Of a stretch of DNA of 64,000 nt, positions 37,966 to 51,319 are shown in pieces. The DNA comes from Isurus oxyrinchus (taxonomy: Eukaryota). Location: positions 59,396,001 through 59,460,000 of the forward strand of contig JANJGN010000018.1 of assembly GCA_026770705.1 (NCBI GenBank), read 5' to 3'. Within the stretch, counting starts at the first letter, position 1. The number at the start of each line of letters is the position of its first letter. The position numbers were made by a program, and so were the translations under genes. The notes beneath the pieces were generated by a model. The model was not told the DNA's origin. It did no database searches and was given only the letters and a program-made list of their open reading frames with translations.

Positions 37966-40229
37966 AATCTGTGGAATCAGTTGCGCGTAACAAACCCGCT
38001 GATACCTGGCTCCGAGTTTAAAAAATTCACCATCCAGCAATTGAGAAAATGGTATCTAATTAACATGAGATGAAACAAGTTTGCCCACCCAGAAAATAGT
38101 CGAACCAGAAGCACTCAGGCACTTTTTCATGAAGGACCCTGGCCAACTGATGCCATCACCTGAACTGCAATGAGAACTGCTCCTCAGGATTCAAGGCCAA
38201 TCCTTCGCTGTACACCACATTGCCGAGAAAAAGACCACTAGACCAGACCGATCAATCAAGTCTGTTTTAAATATAATGGCATAACCTAGGACCGTGCCAC
38301 ATAAATAAATTAGAATACTGTTATTACATAACGTAAGAAGAATACTGGAAAGGATTCCCAAGCATGGGGTCTTTGGTGCCGTCCTGAAGGAAACCATGTA
38401 ACTATCACCTCCGTCCCTCACCAATATTGTACCATACACAACTGTAGAATGAATATATTTAGCAGTTTAATTTGCAATATCCACTATTTTACTTTTGTCT
38501 GTGAATTTACATCACGTTGACGATAATGATGAGTGAACCTGTACCTATGCGCCCTAATTGGGTGTACTAAAACATTGAACAACTGCAACTTTTAGTCAGA
38601 ATACAAGCCACGCATCCAATTAGGCTCCGAAAAGCATCTCTGCCCAATCTTACACACTCTAATACAAGATGCATTATTCTCGCAAGCAATTTGGTTGCAT
38701 GGTCCTCGCCTGGATTTACTGATTGTGTATGCTTTCTGTATGGAACCTAATAAGCATAAAAATGAAAGGAAACAGTTCCTGCTGAAAATCTGAAATCAAA
38801 CAGCAAATCTAGGTGATATACAGCAGCATCTGCAAAGTGGAAAGATGGGTTAACGATTTTCCATGTGTTAATCTGCCTTTTCTGTCTGTATTTCCAACAT
38901 TTTATATTTGTATTATTTTACATATAAAAGATTAGCATAAATAATTCACAACATGTGGAAGGGATGGCAGGGAACAGTTCCTAATGATGCGTTTACGCTC
39001 CAAAATCATACATAAATACTCGCAGAATCAGTCGGAAATTTCTGAATTATGTCCAACTTGCAGTGTATTTCCATGACTAGGTGCCGTAGGACATCGCTTT
39101 GTGTCATTTATCCCATTTCATGTGGGATAAATAGCTTTAAATCACAGCAGCCGTTTGAAAACACGTTTATTGGAATTTACCAGATTAACTCATCTCTCCG
39201 ATTCAAATTTCAAGTCTGAATTCCTTCAGCAATAAAGCATTATAAAGTTGCGGGAGGCTGTTTTCAAACCTGGTTGAATACCAGTGGTTTTGCATTAATT
39301 TACTACTAAGCTAATAAGTAGGTTTCGTTTTGTTATGCTAAGCTTTATTGCTTTCTTTTATCGGAATAGTGTTTTCACCAAAGCGCAGACAAGGCATTCT
39401 TTGATGAGGGAATTAGTGCTCTATTATTCCCCTATTATTCATAGCACACTAGAATATGTAAGTACCTGAGGGTGTAAAAGGAGAACAGAGTCTATTGCAA
39501 AGTGTTCGGCTTGTTTCTTTGTACAGCTGAGTATGAGATGATAAACCGCTTAATACACCGCACTAATTGGATGAGAGCAAAGAGATGGGAATTAGTGGAT
39601 CCGAAGGAGATCGTGCTACCAGTTTCCAATGCAGCTTTCTTCCGTCTTTCTTTCACAACTTCAACAGCTCCAAAGGCGGCAGAACCTCCCCACCACCACC
39701 CCCCCCCCCCCCCCCCACCCCAGCCAACCCTTCTAAAAGACTGTGTGTTTTGTATAGAATTATGCGCGTTAAACAGCCCTGGGTTAAATGGAACACGCAT
39801 ACTGGATATTTGGCATTTTAATAGACTATACTACAAAATTAACCGGAGGTTTCAAATATATTTATTGTGTTTCGTCTAATGGTAAGAATAGAAAGATGCA
39901 AAACAAGACAACACTTAAATGCGTTTTCACTAAACGTACATTATTCATACATGATTTCATTAAGGCATACAATATATTATGCCTCCATATGTTAAACTTT
40001 AATATGTTGTTTTTTTAAGAGATCTGAGTATATAAAATTAACTTGTATCTGAATCATATATTCCTTTTCACATTAACCATACAATTTCTACATGTTTACA
40101 TATATACAACAGTATTTCTACCTATATACATGCATGCAAATGTACACATGTTTATATAGACGACTTGTCACGCTCCTTGAAATATCTCCAAATCTGAAAG
40201 CTGGTTTTGGGAACAGATGGTGGGAAGCT

Positions 40230-41660
40230 TGGCAGTGAATGGAGGGAGAGTTGGATTTGTGTGATCGCGCTGAAAACTGGCTCCCTTGCAATGCCGTGTT
40301 AAAGAGTTACTGGAGGCTGAAGGCAGCACAAAAACGCCGGGGAGGTTTGCTTAAGGTTGGGGGTCACAGTCGTCGTGTTATGTAGCAAGAATTCCCAGAT
40401 ATTAGGGCCAAATTGGGTTGCTATTCATTAATAATGTTCACAATAAGATTAAATCATTCTGGAAAATCTCATAAAACCCTCTAAATACGCTTCACTGCCT
40501 CTTTCAAACGAAATCATTCAACACTTGGGGAGGTTTAGATGAGGAGAAATTGGTTTCTTTGCTAATGCCTTTTTTTCAAAGACACTCAGAGTTTATCATG
40601 CGTGACATGTCAAATGTTTAATATAGACTTGATGGGAGTCATCGGCCGTTAACATGTGATATTTATGGTGAATATTTAGCAAAGAATGGCTGCTTTACCA
40701 GCTGCGAAACATGAAAGAATAGTCTGAGATCTACGTGTTTGTACCATCACTGTGAGGTGGGATTAGTTGTAAAGCGAGGCGAGTGAGAGGGACATGCTTT
40801 CATTCGACCACAAGAACTTTAATTCACCAGGTAATTTCACGCAATTTGATTTAGTGCTATAGAGTGGAGTCAGATGAGGAAAAACTAACTTTAAAAAGCG
40901 TTCATTAAGTGAAATAATGGCATGGGTCCTGGTATGATATCAACCACTTTACCAGAGTGTATGTCGCTCGAAGTCGGCTACCTGGTCAAAAACGGTTAAT
41001 GAACTGAATGCATCATAGCACAGAGTGGGGCTCCTGAGCCACCCCAGGCGATGCTTAACTCGGTGTTGACCACCACGGTGCAAACCATCACCTTAGGAAA
41101 CGGAAGGCTGTCACCACAACATAGATTGAAATAGTCAGTCCGATAGGTCAGTGCTTGAGGTGATACCGATATTTGGAATCGGAAACAAAGAATTTCCAAG
41201 ATCTGAGCACCTACATAACAAACTTCGCTCGCACTGCAATTTTTATAATGCATTTCAGTTCTGTTTTTTTGCGAAGCATAGGGTGTCAGGTCTGTTCAGC
41301 ACACACTTTATATCCAAAAAATATTTTAAAAGATATTGTGTAGATCATTCACAACCCCATTATTGAAGAAACTCCCATGAATGAATTGAAACAGAGGAGG
41401 TTTAATTTAGCCACACTAACAGTCAATGCTTGGAAGTGTGCTGTGAAAAGCTAAACTGGCGGGAAGTGATAAAATTACCAGGGTTAACACAAAATTCAGA
41501 GGCTCGATATTGCCAGTCTAGCGCCATAATCAAATTGTTCGATCTATTTTTATAAAGGCTGTCATCTATTTTAATTATTCGTGTCGACATCAGGAGTTAT
41601 CTCTCCCTCATTCATCAGAGGCTTCAGTGGTAAAACCCAGCGGTTATTTTGTTTTGAAAC
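40230..41660. promoter_or_regulatory. Candidate conserved enhancer cluster 3' of ARX
   Basis: Repeat-free, with many TAAT/ATTA sites and TGAC-type motifs. The position is comparable to the mammalian hs122/hs145 enhancers. Confidence 0.45.
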
Positions 41661-43006
41661 TTTATACTCCTGCATTTCAGCCTCACGTACTCCAAGATGA
41701 AGCTTTTGCAGGTGGATTTACATTTGTATTAACTTGAACTAAATCGTATTATGGCATATAGAATATGATACTAGCCTGGTTTTAATATTTATGCTATTTG
41801 TACTTGCTCTGTACCATTTCAAAGGTGATTTGAATTCATGTGGCGGCCTTCTCTGGCGCCTCTACTCCAGGAAGCAGATTACCATGTAAACGTAACGCAT
41901 CGAATCATCCACTTAAGCGGCCCACTGCCAGCGAGACCTTTCACGGTAGCTCGCATTAACTGTGTCTGGGTTGGCCACTAATTGGAGAAATCGGCGACGA
42001 TAGTCAACCCGCATGAGGCGGCAAATAGAGGCACCGTCACCAAAGCACGTCATGGCGAAATCGTTAAACATCAACATTCAGTAATCGATGTGACTCATTA
42101 TCAGACACACTGGAAGATATAGAAGCAACCTTTGCATGTTAACAGCAAATGAAGGGGACCCGCGGGGCGGGGGTTGGCAATAATGTTATAATTTCTAAGA
42201 GACATTTAACATGATATATCAAGGACGTATTCAGATATTGAAAATGAATGAAAGTAAAACTCCTCCTTTTGACTTACACTAGCACCGCTGAGCAAAGTTC
42301 ATGCGGTTTTTGGGAAACCGCCTTTTCTTGGTAGTGTCAACAACGTAAGAGAGTGAATATTACTGGCAGCATTCTGGTAATGTTCATTAAAACAATGGTG
42401 TTGCAGCAAAGCGCTAAAAGGTTTAAGTAATGCTGTCCCAGTGTAGAATTACTTGTCAGAGTTGTGAAAGTGCCAGTATTCCCTCAATGGCCTCAAATTG
42501 GAATCTGGATCCAAAGAACATTGTGCTCTATTTAAATGTTATCTGTTATTATAGCTGTTATTCTTCCTCCAATTTAACAAGAGAGATATTTTAATTGCGT
42601 TGCAATGTTGTGCTTATTAACTATCACACTTTTAAATTAGCCAGCACATACACATATGCAAGCGTGATTTGTGAATGAATGAAACTAGACTGAAACGGAA
42701 CGGCTGGCTGGAAACGCCTTCCTGTTGTAGAGCCTGTGTGTCACCATACCGTCAGACCCAAACCTGCCAGAGTCCGAGTGTACACAGTAAATCGGGCTGG
42801 TTAAAAATTCTTTATAATCTGACTACGCTTATACCGGGCGGAAACAAAATTGGCAGTTGACGAAGAGTTACTTCAAGTTGTGATTTTGCGTAGATAGCAT
42901 TGTATTGATAAACCGTGAGTTCGCGGTGGGTAAATGCTCAATAATATTATAAGCACTCGGGATTTGGAATAAGCGCTTTCTCCAATTAGCTTGTTAAGCA
43001 TAACAT

Positions 43007-43012
43007 TTTATT
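43007..43012 (-). terminator. Candidate ARX polyadenylation signal (AATAAA)
   Basis: TTTATT on + about 0.9 kb downstream of the ARX stop codon. Confidence 0.5.
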
Positions 43013-43401
43013 TTAGAGTGTCGCCACTCTTCTAGCCCATATCAAGAAGTTACAACAGTACACGTAATATAGCAAGTTGCTTTTTATAAGGTTTTCGAAA
43101 CCTCTATAGTTAATAAGTTAAATAAAATGTTTGTCCATAAATAGTTATTCTACGAACCTAATACATCCACAACACTGTATAAGAACTGCCTGGTAATTCT
43201 AGAGAATAAACTTTCACAACACGCTGAGTGCAAATTTTCATTTTTTTTTAAAAAAATGTACAATTATTTTCCTTGGAAATTCTGAAGAACGACCATTATG
43301 TACAGAAATCAATCACAGTATAGTGACATCAGCAGTCCACTCGGATTGGCAGTATTTTGTCCCTTTGGTTTAGTAGCGAACCGCTGGTTGGCTACACTGA
43401 C

Positions 43402-43424
43402 TATATATATATATATATATATAT
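43402..43424. repeat. (TA)n microsatellite in the ARX 3' UTR
   Basis: Directly visible. Confidence 0.9.
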
Positions 43425-43919
43425 AGATATACATAGAAAAATCCAGACGTAACCAACGTGTTTATGCCCATGTGTGTGCTATACAACCGGTCCGCCGCAG
43501 AAAGTCAAACATATTCAGAAACAGTATCCCTTATATCGGGGCCACCAAGCTATCAAATCTATATCCGTGTGTTTTGAATACATTTCATCCTTTTTTTCAG
43601 AACTGCCCTGATTAGATCCAACCCTAGCGTATTAAAGAAAGTTTCTCTCAGTGATCAGATCTGATATATTCTTAATCAGGCTGTACTAATACTTTCTCCC
43701 TCTCTCCGAGAAATATGAATGGTAGCAAAATCACAAATTTTAGATGTAGACAATGTCATTGTTCTTTTTTTTTTATAAAGTGTGGCCTGTTGATGTGATG
43801 AAAGGGATACTGACTCTACGGGCATGCACAGTCTGAGAACCCAAACCACGCGGAGTAACTGGTCCTCTTTCTGAATTTGGTCTTGATCAGCAACGTGTGC
43901 GGAGCTCCTTGGTATGTAT

Positions 43920-44157
43920 TCAGCACACTTCCTTGCCGGTGGAGGGTGCGGGAAGGATGTTGAGTTGTGTGAGTTGGGCGGCATGTTCCTTGGCTTTGAG
44001 TCTGAGTGCTGCGATACTGGACGCTCGTCTGTCTGCTGCTGCTACCGCGGGGTCTGAGAGGGCGCCGGCTTGCACTCCCCCTTCTGCCCCCGGGGCCGAC
44101 TGTCTCAGCAGGGCAGGGCCAGAGGCGCCTGTCAGCGGAGCTACTGTCGAGAAGAGC
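43920..44157 (-). CDS. ARX: ARX coding exon 5 (238 nt, OAR/aristaless domain)
   Basis: Acceptor TGCAG|G. Encodes LFSTVAPL...[38 protein letters not shown]. The five exons total 1362 nt, i.e. 453 aa plus stop. Confidence 0.97.
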
Positions 44158-44760
44158 CTGCAACAGACAAGGATTTTCGACATTATAATAAGGGAAAGCG
44201 TTTTAAATCAAAAAATGATCGGCTGATTTGGTGACGGGTGGGATACTACTGAATATGAAGGCTGCATTGTTCAGGAAAATATTGACCTGCGCAATGCGTC
44301 AAGTAGCGCAGGACTCACATCTTATCAGACTTGCACATTACAGGCCTGACTATATAATTCATTATGATGTAGGAGAAAGCAGGGCTGGTTACAGATGTGG
44401 TAAAGAATTTGCCTTTAAAGTATCAGTTCATCGCCAGAATTTGACTATTGTCAATCTGTAAGTTATGCGTGTGATGAAGTTGGACTATTACTAAGATTAG
44501 TATAGCAGGGATATGGAATCACAACTGCACAGGAAAATTACTTGGGCAGCTACAGTTAGTGTTGTCTGAACTCTGGGGGTTCACGTTGATAACCCGTCAC
44601 AGTCCCAGCTAGCCTTATCACTTTTTTAAATGATCTGCTAGAATGGAATCACTTTAGGCTCCAGTCTATGATATAGAATTGCTCACATCCCATGGTGGCT
44701 GCAGTAACGACAAGAAAAGTTCATTCAGGAGACAGAATTCTATGATTCTAATAATCGAAT

Positions 44761-44875
44761 AGAAACGTTAACTCTCTTTCTCTCACCACAGATGCTGCCA
44801 GACCTGCTGAGCATTTCCAGCAAGTTTGCTTTTTATTTCAGATTTCCAGCATCCTCAGTATTTTCTTTTGTATTA
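44761..44875 (+). mobile_element. Penelope-like short element in ARX intron 4
   Basis: GAAACGTTAACTCTCTTTCTCTCACCACAGATGCTGCCAGACCTGCTGAGCATTTCCAGC, same family, truncated within the ribozyme motif. Confidence 0.7.
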
Positions 44876-47800
44876 AAGTCTAATTCACTGTTATTTCTCT
44901 TCCAGGACTGCCCATCTTCAATGATACACTCGGTATTTGGCACAGCAGCAATGTGCTAGCACATGATGCAATGGCCCAAGCCATCTTTCAGCGAGGGTTC
45001 TGAAATGCTAACCCTTTTCACATTAGTGAGCTGGCTGATGTATCACAACTTTGGACCACACACTTTCTTAAATGATCTCAAGTTGTTGTTAGGTTACTCT
45101 ACGAATTAGCCAGCGGCAACCATGACCTCATCCATAAGCATTGCGGAGGGAACAATACACTGTGAAATTAGTCGTATGTTTTGCCTATGTAAATATACTG
45201 ACATTGATTTCTCGTATTTTGAGTGCTAAAAGATACACTTCGTGTTCGTTCCTCCTGAAAGCGAACCAACAAATCAATTATTTTGCCCTGTCGTCGCCTG
45301 ATAGATACAAAACTTGGGGCAACTTTCAACACACACAGCTCATATTCTTCCATCTTGATTGAAATAATTAGTGCTTTATATTTCACACCTAAATGATTTA
45401 TTAAAACCAGATAAACTACTTTAAGCTTGAATAATAGAAAATGACTTTTTAACAAAATCAAGAATAACATGCGGGATTTGTAAAGTTACTTTGGTGATCA
45501 TTTCCGATAGATTTACCACCGTCAGTCCCCTCCCTTGAAACGTGCGTTTATTTGTGACTTCCCTCAACTAGTATAACATTGGATTTGGGATGGTTAAAAT
45601 ATCGAAGCATTTATCACATCCCAGCTCTCCTATCACAACAAAGGGCACGTGGGTGATGAGAAACCATGAGGTTTGCTATAAAACAGGATTATAAGCACAC
45701 ACAATCATGCATGTAAGCATGATTTGATGTCCACCATGTTGCTGCTGAAACTCCGTACCTCTCAAGTGCTGGAGCCAATGGTGTCTCTCAATGCTACAGT
45801 CAATAGGCTGCACACCATGCCTGCTGGAGTCGAGCTGCTGTCCACCTAATAGAAGCTTAAACAAAGGTTTGGCCAACTCTGAATAGGGCATGGTAAGGAA
45901 TTGGCAGAATTTCACTGAAGTTGTGTTGATTGCATGTCCGCACTTCTGGAGAGGGAAATTGGAACGCAGTCACTCCTCTGTGGCAGATTTGGTAATCCAA
46001 TACTCAGGCCAGCCAGGTCCACTGTTGTCCTTTGTTAATGTTAACTGTTAATGATCCAAAGGCCGAACTTGCTCATTAACGGAGTCTTCAGGAGTTGACT
46101 GTCACCGTGGATTGGGATTGGTACCACTAGGATACTACTAAGTAATGTAGATTTAGGTAGTAAACTCCTATGCACCTTGGGGTTACCAAAGTCCTAAATT
46201 CTTTAGATTTAATTGTGAGGGGTCCTGAAGTGGAGAGAATATCCACTCCATATTAGGCTTGAAAACAATTAGGCATGCCAGATTCCTGCCTGGCCAAAAA
46301 CAGTTTGAAAATCCCAAATAGTGCGGTGTGGAACAGTCGTGCACCTGAGCAGTTGGGCACGGGGGTACGGTGCAGGGTAAACTACACACGAGAACTGGGT
46401 GTAAGAATAAACCTTTCAAGCATTACATACATATCTTGTACAGTAAGTAGTGGAATATACGGAATCTTGGATTCGTGTGCATCGTTGTGAAATCACTTTT
46501 CTCTTCATGTTCTACATTTCCTGTGTCCCATACAAGCTGCAGCGGATTTGTGTGGTTTTCCAAATGATCCGACTGATATTAAATTATGTCACACTGATTA
46601 TGCCACACATTTCACAGAGATTTCAGGTGACCTTGCCAAATAATTTTCATGTCAGGGTAAGCGACCAAATGATCACCTTTGAAAGATAAAATATATATAG
46701 TTGGGATGATCGAATTGTTAAATTGGCCTTGCTTCGTTTTTTCTCCTACTCCTGGTCCGTCCATTGTTACCCTATTGCCACTTTCAGTTTCACTTTACAA
46801 TAATTAATAACGAATAAATATTCCAAATTTCTTCATTTTGCTAAATCCGATCTTGTTCAAAAGCAAAATATAGCGCTGATAAGGTGGGTGACCAAAGTCA
46901 CAATCTAATCTCGGTCTTGCACTGTCAATCAATGAAAAAAGCTACCTTCGAATATTTTAAATCTAGACTGCGAGAATATTGCTGCAAAGGATAGAATTTA
47001 TAAATGCTGTGATACAGAACGTCTTGTTCAAAGCCTGTCCTTGACTGTGTTAAGTAACACATAAGCTGTACAGCAACAGTAGTTTCCAATAAAAAATTGG
47101 TCTGGTCCGGTCTATTCCTAAGCTTTGCTTTCCATTTGAGAAATCCCTCCAGAGATATTGGGACATGAGGTAAACTGCATTCTTGGTGCCTGGGGCCCGT
47201 GTGGAGTTCTGCACGCATTCCCTCGCATAGGTAGATGTGGGACTCGCAATAATTGTTGCGGTTTCTTGCCGTAGCCCTTGTCCTTCAGTTTGTCATGAAT
47301 CATTGGGAGGTCTTAGTTACTGTATCTCGGACATTTGAAAATGGGCTGGACTCCTCTCCTCTCTCGCACACACACTGCTCGCAGCTGCTCAAGTGTTTTC
47401 GTGGTTTGTTATAAAATATTTCTACTCTCATGGATGCTGCTGTTAGTAAGCGATTGTTTAATGTGCTGTTTTGGATACTGGACTTGTTGCTTTTAAATAT
47501 GGTTGTGTGCAGCGGATTTCGAAGACTATTGCCTGTCGCTAGCTTTGATACATTTCGTGCGAGATTAGTCGTGACACCGATTGATATGTTTTTCCTATTA
47601 TCTTGCTGACTTTTAACATTTTAGGGTATATTACTATTGATATTCTAAAACAAGGTTACCATTGACTTTGTCTATTCTGTTTACTTTTGGTTTGTAGCTT
47701 GTTCTTTCCCAGTTGAGTTTTAGCTGCTGATTATGAACGAATTGCCTTTTTTTCTCTCTCTCTCTCTCCCTTGTTCACTGCGCCTGATGACTGAGTGATT

Positions 47801-47926
47801 CTGGTTCACTTGGTACTCCTTGTCCTTGTGGCTGCTGTTGTTGCTCCTGGAGGGGGCGGGGGATGGGGAGGGGAATGTTTGGGGGGGGGGGGTGGTTGCG
47901 GGAGGGGCTCTGATTGAAGCTCTTAC

Positions 47927-48258
47927 CTGCCGAAGTGCGGAGTAATGAAAGGATGTCTGAACATGGCCGCTCCCAGGAAGGTGCCGAGGCCTAGCGGGGC
48001 CCCGCTGGGGGGAAGAGCAGCGGTGCCTGGTGGAGGTGGGAGCCCGGGGAAGGCGGCAGCTGCGGCTGCTGCTGCGGCGGCGGCGGCTGACCAGGCGGAC
48101 TCCAGGCTCGGGTGGTGTCCGAAGGGACTGCCGTCCAGGTAAGGTCCCAGCGGGTGGCCCGCTCCCAAGGGGCTGGCGAACGGCAGGCCGCCTGGGTGGC
48201 TCTGAGCTCCGGCTTTCTCTCGCTTTCGCCACTTAGCTCTGCGGTTCTGAAACCAAAC
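47927..48258 (-). CDS. ARX: ARX coding exon 4 (332 nt)
   Basis: Acceptor TGCAG|GTT. Encodes [15 protein letters not shown] (paired-like Q50 helix 3), a poly-Ala tract and [13 protein letters not shown]. Donor AG|GTAAG. Confidence 0.97.
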
Positions 48259-49719
48259 CTGCAAAAAGATAATATTAAGTTCAACATTTCAAAAAAAAAA
48301 CTGAAACAAAGGTACAGAGAACAGGAAATGTGAAATCACTTTAAGGTTACATCCAACAAAGCAAATGACACTGAAGGTTAATGTACACAAACAAATTATA
48401 AAATTGAAGTCCAGCAATTATTTTAACGAAATTGACTTTAAAACAGTTCGCTCATTCACAACTCGCTAATTTCATTGTAGCGTTGCTATCACTTCCAAAT
48501 AGAAACGTAACAAAAAGTGTATCTTAAAACTAGGTATCAGCATTCTGGAATAATTAGAAACATTTCAATGTGTCGTGAGACACAAACCCCATTGCACATA
48601 TTCACTCCACACATATTGATTCAGGCATCCTTGTACAGACTCCTGACTTTTTCCACAGGAACATCGAATACATTATGAATACAAATAGTGAAGCGATCAA
48701 ATATTGGATTAGAAAAAAGATATAAACACATCAAACATCCCTCGTCAATTCTGAGATAATGTACCCGTACAGCACGAGGTTGCAGATTTTAGTAATCGAG
48801 TTGCCCCATTAAAAAGGTAAGCGATTCTTTCTTCACAGCTCATGTCATCGTTATTAAATTGGCCTTAATTAATACATTGGTTGTACTTCATAGATTAAAT
48901 AAAGAGAAGTGAAGTCAAAATAAAAATGATGCGTTACAATTAATTTTACTAGGAACGTCTCCTAAGTTTTATTGAGTCCAAACGAGCTTTTGTAAAGAAG
49001 GGGGAATAAAAGTTATTTAACTTTCCCACGACTGCTTGAGCGGAAAATAATCATTCCTGGCTGCCTGTCACGTTGCGTATTTGACAATAGAACAATGTGT
49101 CAACAGAACGAGGGAGAATCTCATCATTAGCCCCTTTAATGCAAGAAGCTGTTGTGTATTAAATGAGCCATATGGAATTTATTAGGTCTTATCAGCGCTC
49201 GATTGTAACTGTAAAGTGATTTACTCGGCCTTTACCTCCCAACATATGTTTTATGTTCCTTGTGCTCGCAATAAGGCACCAATCATAATGTTTATCGTCG
49301 CTTTGGTTATGAGGACTTCGAGAGAAAATGTGGGCCCTATCAACTTTAACAGCACTTCACTTCTGCACCCTTACATTACATTCTCTGAAAGCGAAGGAAA
49401 TTAAATCTTATGTTACTGTTTTAATGCTTTCGGTTGCCGTGGTGCAAAAGCATTTCCATTATTCATATTTGCGCAGTCACATCTGTAGAAAGTCTGACAT
49501 CGATCAATATATTGTACCTGGCACAATCAGACAGGGTTAGGATTGCATAGCCGGGACTTTCTGCCCGCATACTTTATTATTAATAATAAGGTCGATATTA
49601 ACTAATGGAAAGAGAAAGAACCCCTACAATTTGACACGAAAACATCCATGTAACATGTAACCATCGATGGAAGAACGAGGCTGAGAACCATCTATCCACA
49701 CGTACTAGTTGCAACTTAC

Positions 49720-49765
49720 TTGTACTCGTGCTTCTGTTAAATCTAGCCGCATCGCTAGTTCCTCC
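49720..49765 (-). CDS. ARX: ARX coding exon 3 (46 nt, homeodomain)
   Basis: Acceptor TGCAG|G, reads (R)EELAMRLDLTEARVQ, donor CAA|GTAAGT. Phases join exons 2 and 4 in frame. Confidence 0.96.
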
Positions 49766-50760
49766 CTGCACAAAACACAGAACGAAGTGAAAATACAGTT
49801 CACACACTCCCATGCCTCGCAGTAGCTCTTTTTGGAAAGCTAATACTGGATATCAGCAGCAGGAAATATGAAGCGTTCTAAATGAGGATTAGACATAACC
49901 TAGCAGCTATTTACGGGCGCTCTTCAATCTTTCCTGTTTACATGGGCCATAAAATAGGCTAGACCAAGTATGCAAACATCGGGCAAGTCAAGCGGCTCAT
50001 ATCCGACATTGTCAAAAATGCAAGAACTGTTACAACCACTAGAATATGTCATTATTTGATTTAGGAAAACGCAATTTTCAATATCAAAAGGAAACGATTT
50101 ATAAATCTGGGAAGTATATTGCACTGCAAATTCACTTAAAGTGGCCAAAACGATTACATATGCTAATGATTATTTCCCCCCACTTTTATCCATAACTCAC
50201 CTGATAACAGAAAAGACAATTTTTAAAAATGTAAGCCCCATTGTTCCACTTGTACCGTGTCCTGGAGTGGCTTTGAAAACAATTCGGTGCACATCCGTTT
50301 ACTGTCAGTCACTGGACTGAGTGTGTGTCAGCGGGAATCAGAAAGGCTTCTAATGCGCACACGGACTTTGAGAGCTTAGAGTTTCACGCACCGCATTCTC
50401 TTCAAATGAGAAAGATCGAAGGGCTTATGTTTTGAAATGTGTGGGGTGAAGCACTATGCAAAAACTGGGCTGCCGGGTGGGGAACACTGGGTGGCGAGCG
50501 CCCGATGTTAATCTGGGCGGCCATTGCGTTGATAGCGGGGGCACTGGCGAGTGGAGAACTGGAGAAGTTATCAGCCTCCGATAGATTGTGTGCCGCATGT
50601 CCCTATCATTTGTCCCTTTGCAGTGGTTACGGACAACACATAGCAGCGAGTCTGAATCGAGTTAGAAGCGATTACAGGCTTATCGCTGTACCAATTACCT
50701 TTTCATCTGGGAGTTTTGTTTTTCTGAGTTTTGTTAGAGTTCTTTAATGTTTATACATAC

Positions 50761-51319
50761 CTGGTGAAGACATCTGGGTAGTGTGTTTTCTGAAAAGCTC
50801 TCTCTAGTTCTTCCAGCTGGTAGCTGGTGAATGTAGTCCTATATCGCCGCTGTTTTCTTTTTAACATGCCTTCTTCTGAGTCACTGCCGGCTGATAAACA
50901 CAGGCTGTCCTCCCCATCCTTCACATCCACGTCCGTCTGGGCCTCCTCTACAAGCTTAGAGGACAAGTCATCTTCAACCGCGTCCTCTTTGGCGTCTCCC
51001 TCGAACGACTTGTCGGTGGGCTCCACCGAACCTAATTCTGGAGACTGGGACAAGTTGGGCGCGCTGTCTCCGTGCGTTTTGCCCAAGCTGAAGTTTTCTT
51101 TGTAGGATTTACTGCGGCTGATGCTGACTTGCGGAGCCTGGCTGATCTTTAGATCGGTGTTTCGGAACGGCTCGGAGGATCTGTCTCTTTCCAATTTCTC
51201 GTTACCAATCTCGTTAAATCCCCGGGGGTCTAAGATTTTACCTCCCAGACCGTACAGTCTTCGGAATTTAGGAGGGAGATGGAGTTCAGAGTCAAAAGAC
51301 ATGTTTTCCTTGGGCGATC
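50761..51319 (-). CDS. ARX: ARX coding exon 2 (559 nt)
   Basis: Acceptor TAG|GA, donor AG|GTATG. Encodes [27 protein letters not shown], an acidic region and the homeodomain start [34 protein letters not shown]. Confidence 0.97.

Noticed and set aside
39492-39879. Pro/Gly-rich ORFs of 84-125 aa
   Set aside because: They arise from a poly-C run and have no domain or splice support.
47720-48333. Overlapping alternative-frame and antisense ORFs at ARX exon 4 (also at exons 2 and 5)
   Set aside because: These are shadows of GC-rich ARX coding sequence with no independent protein features.
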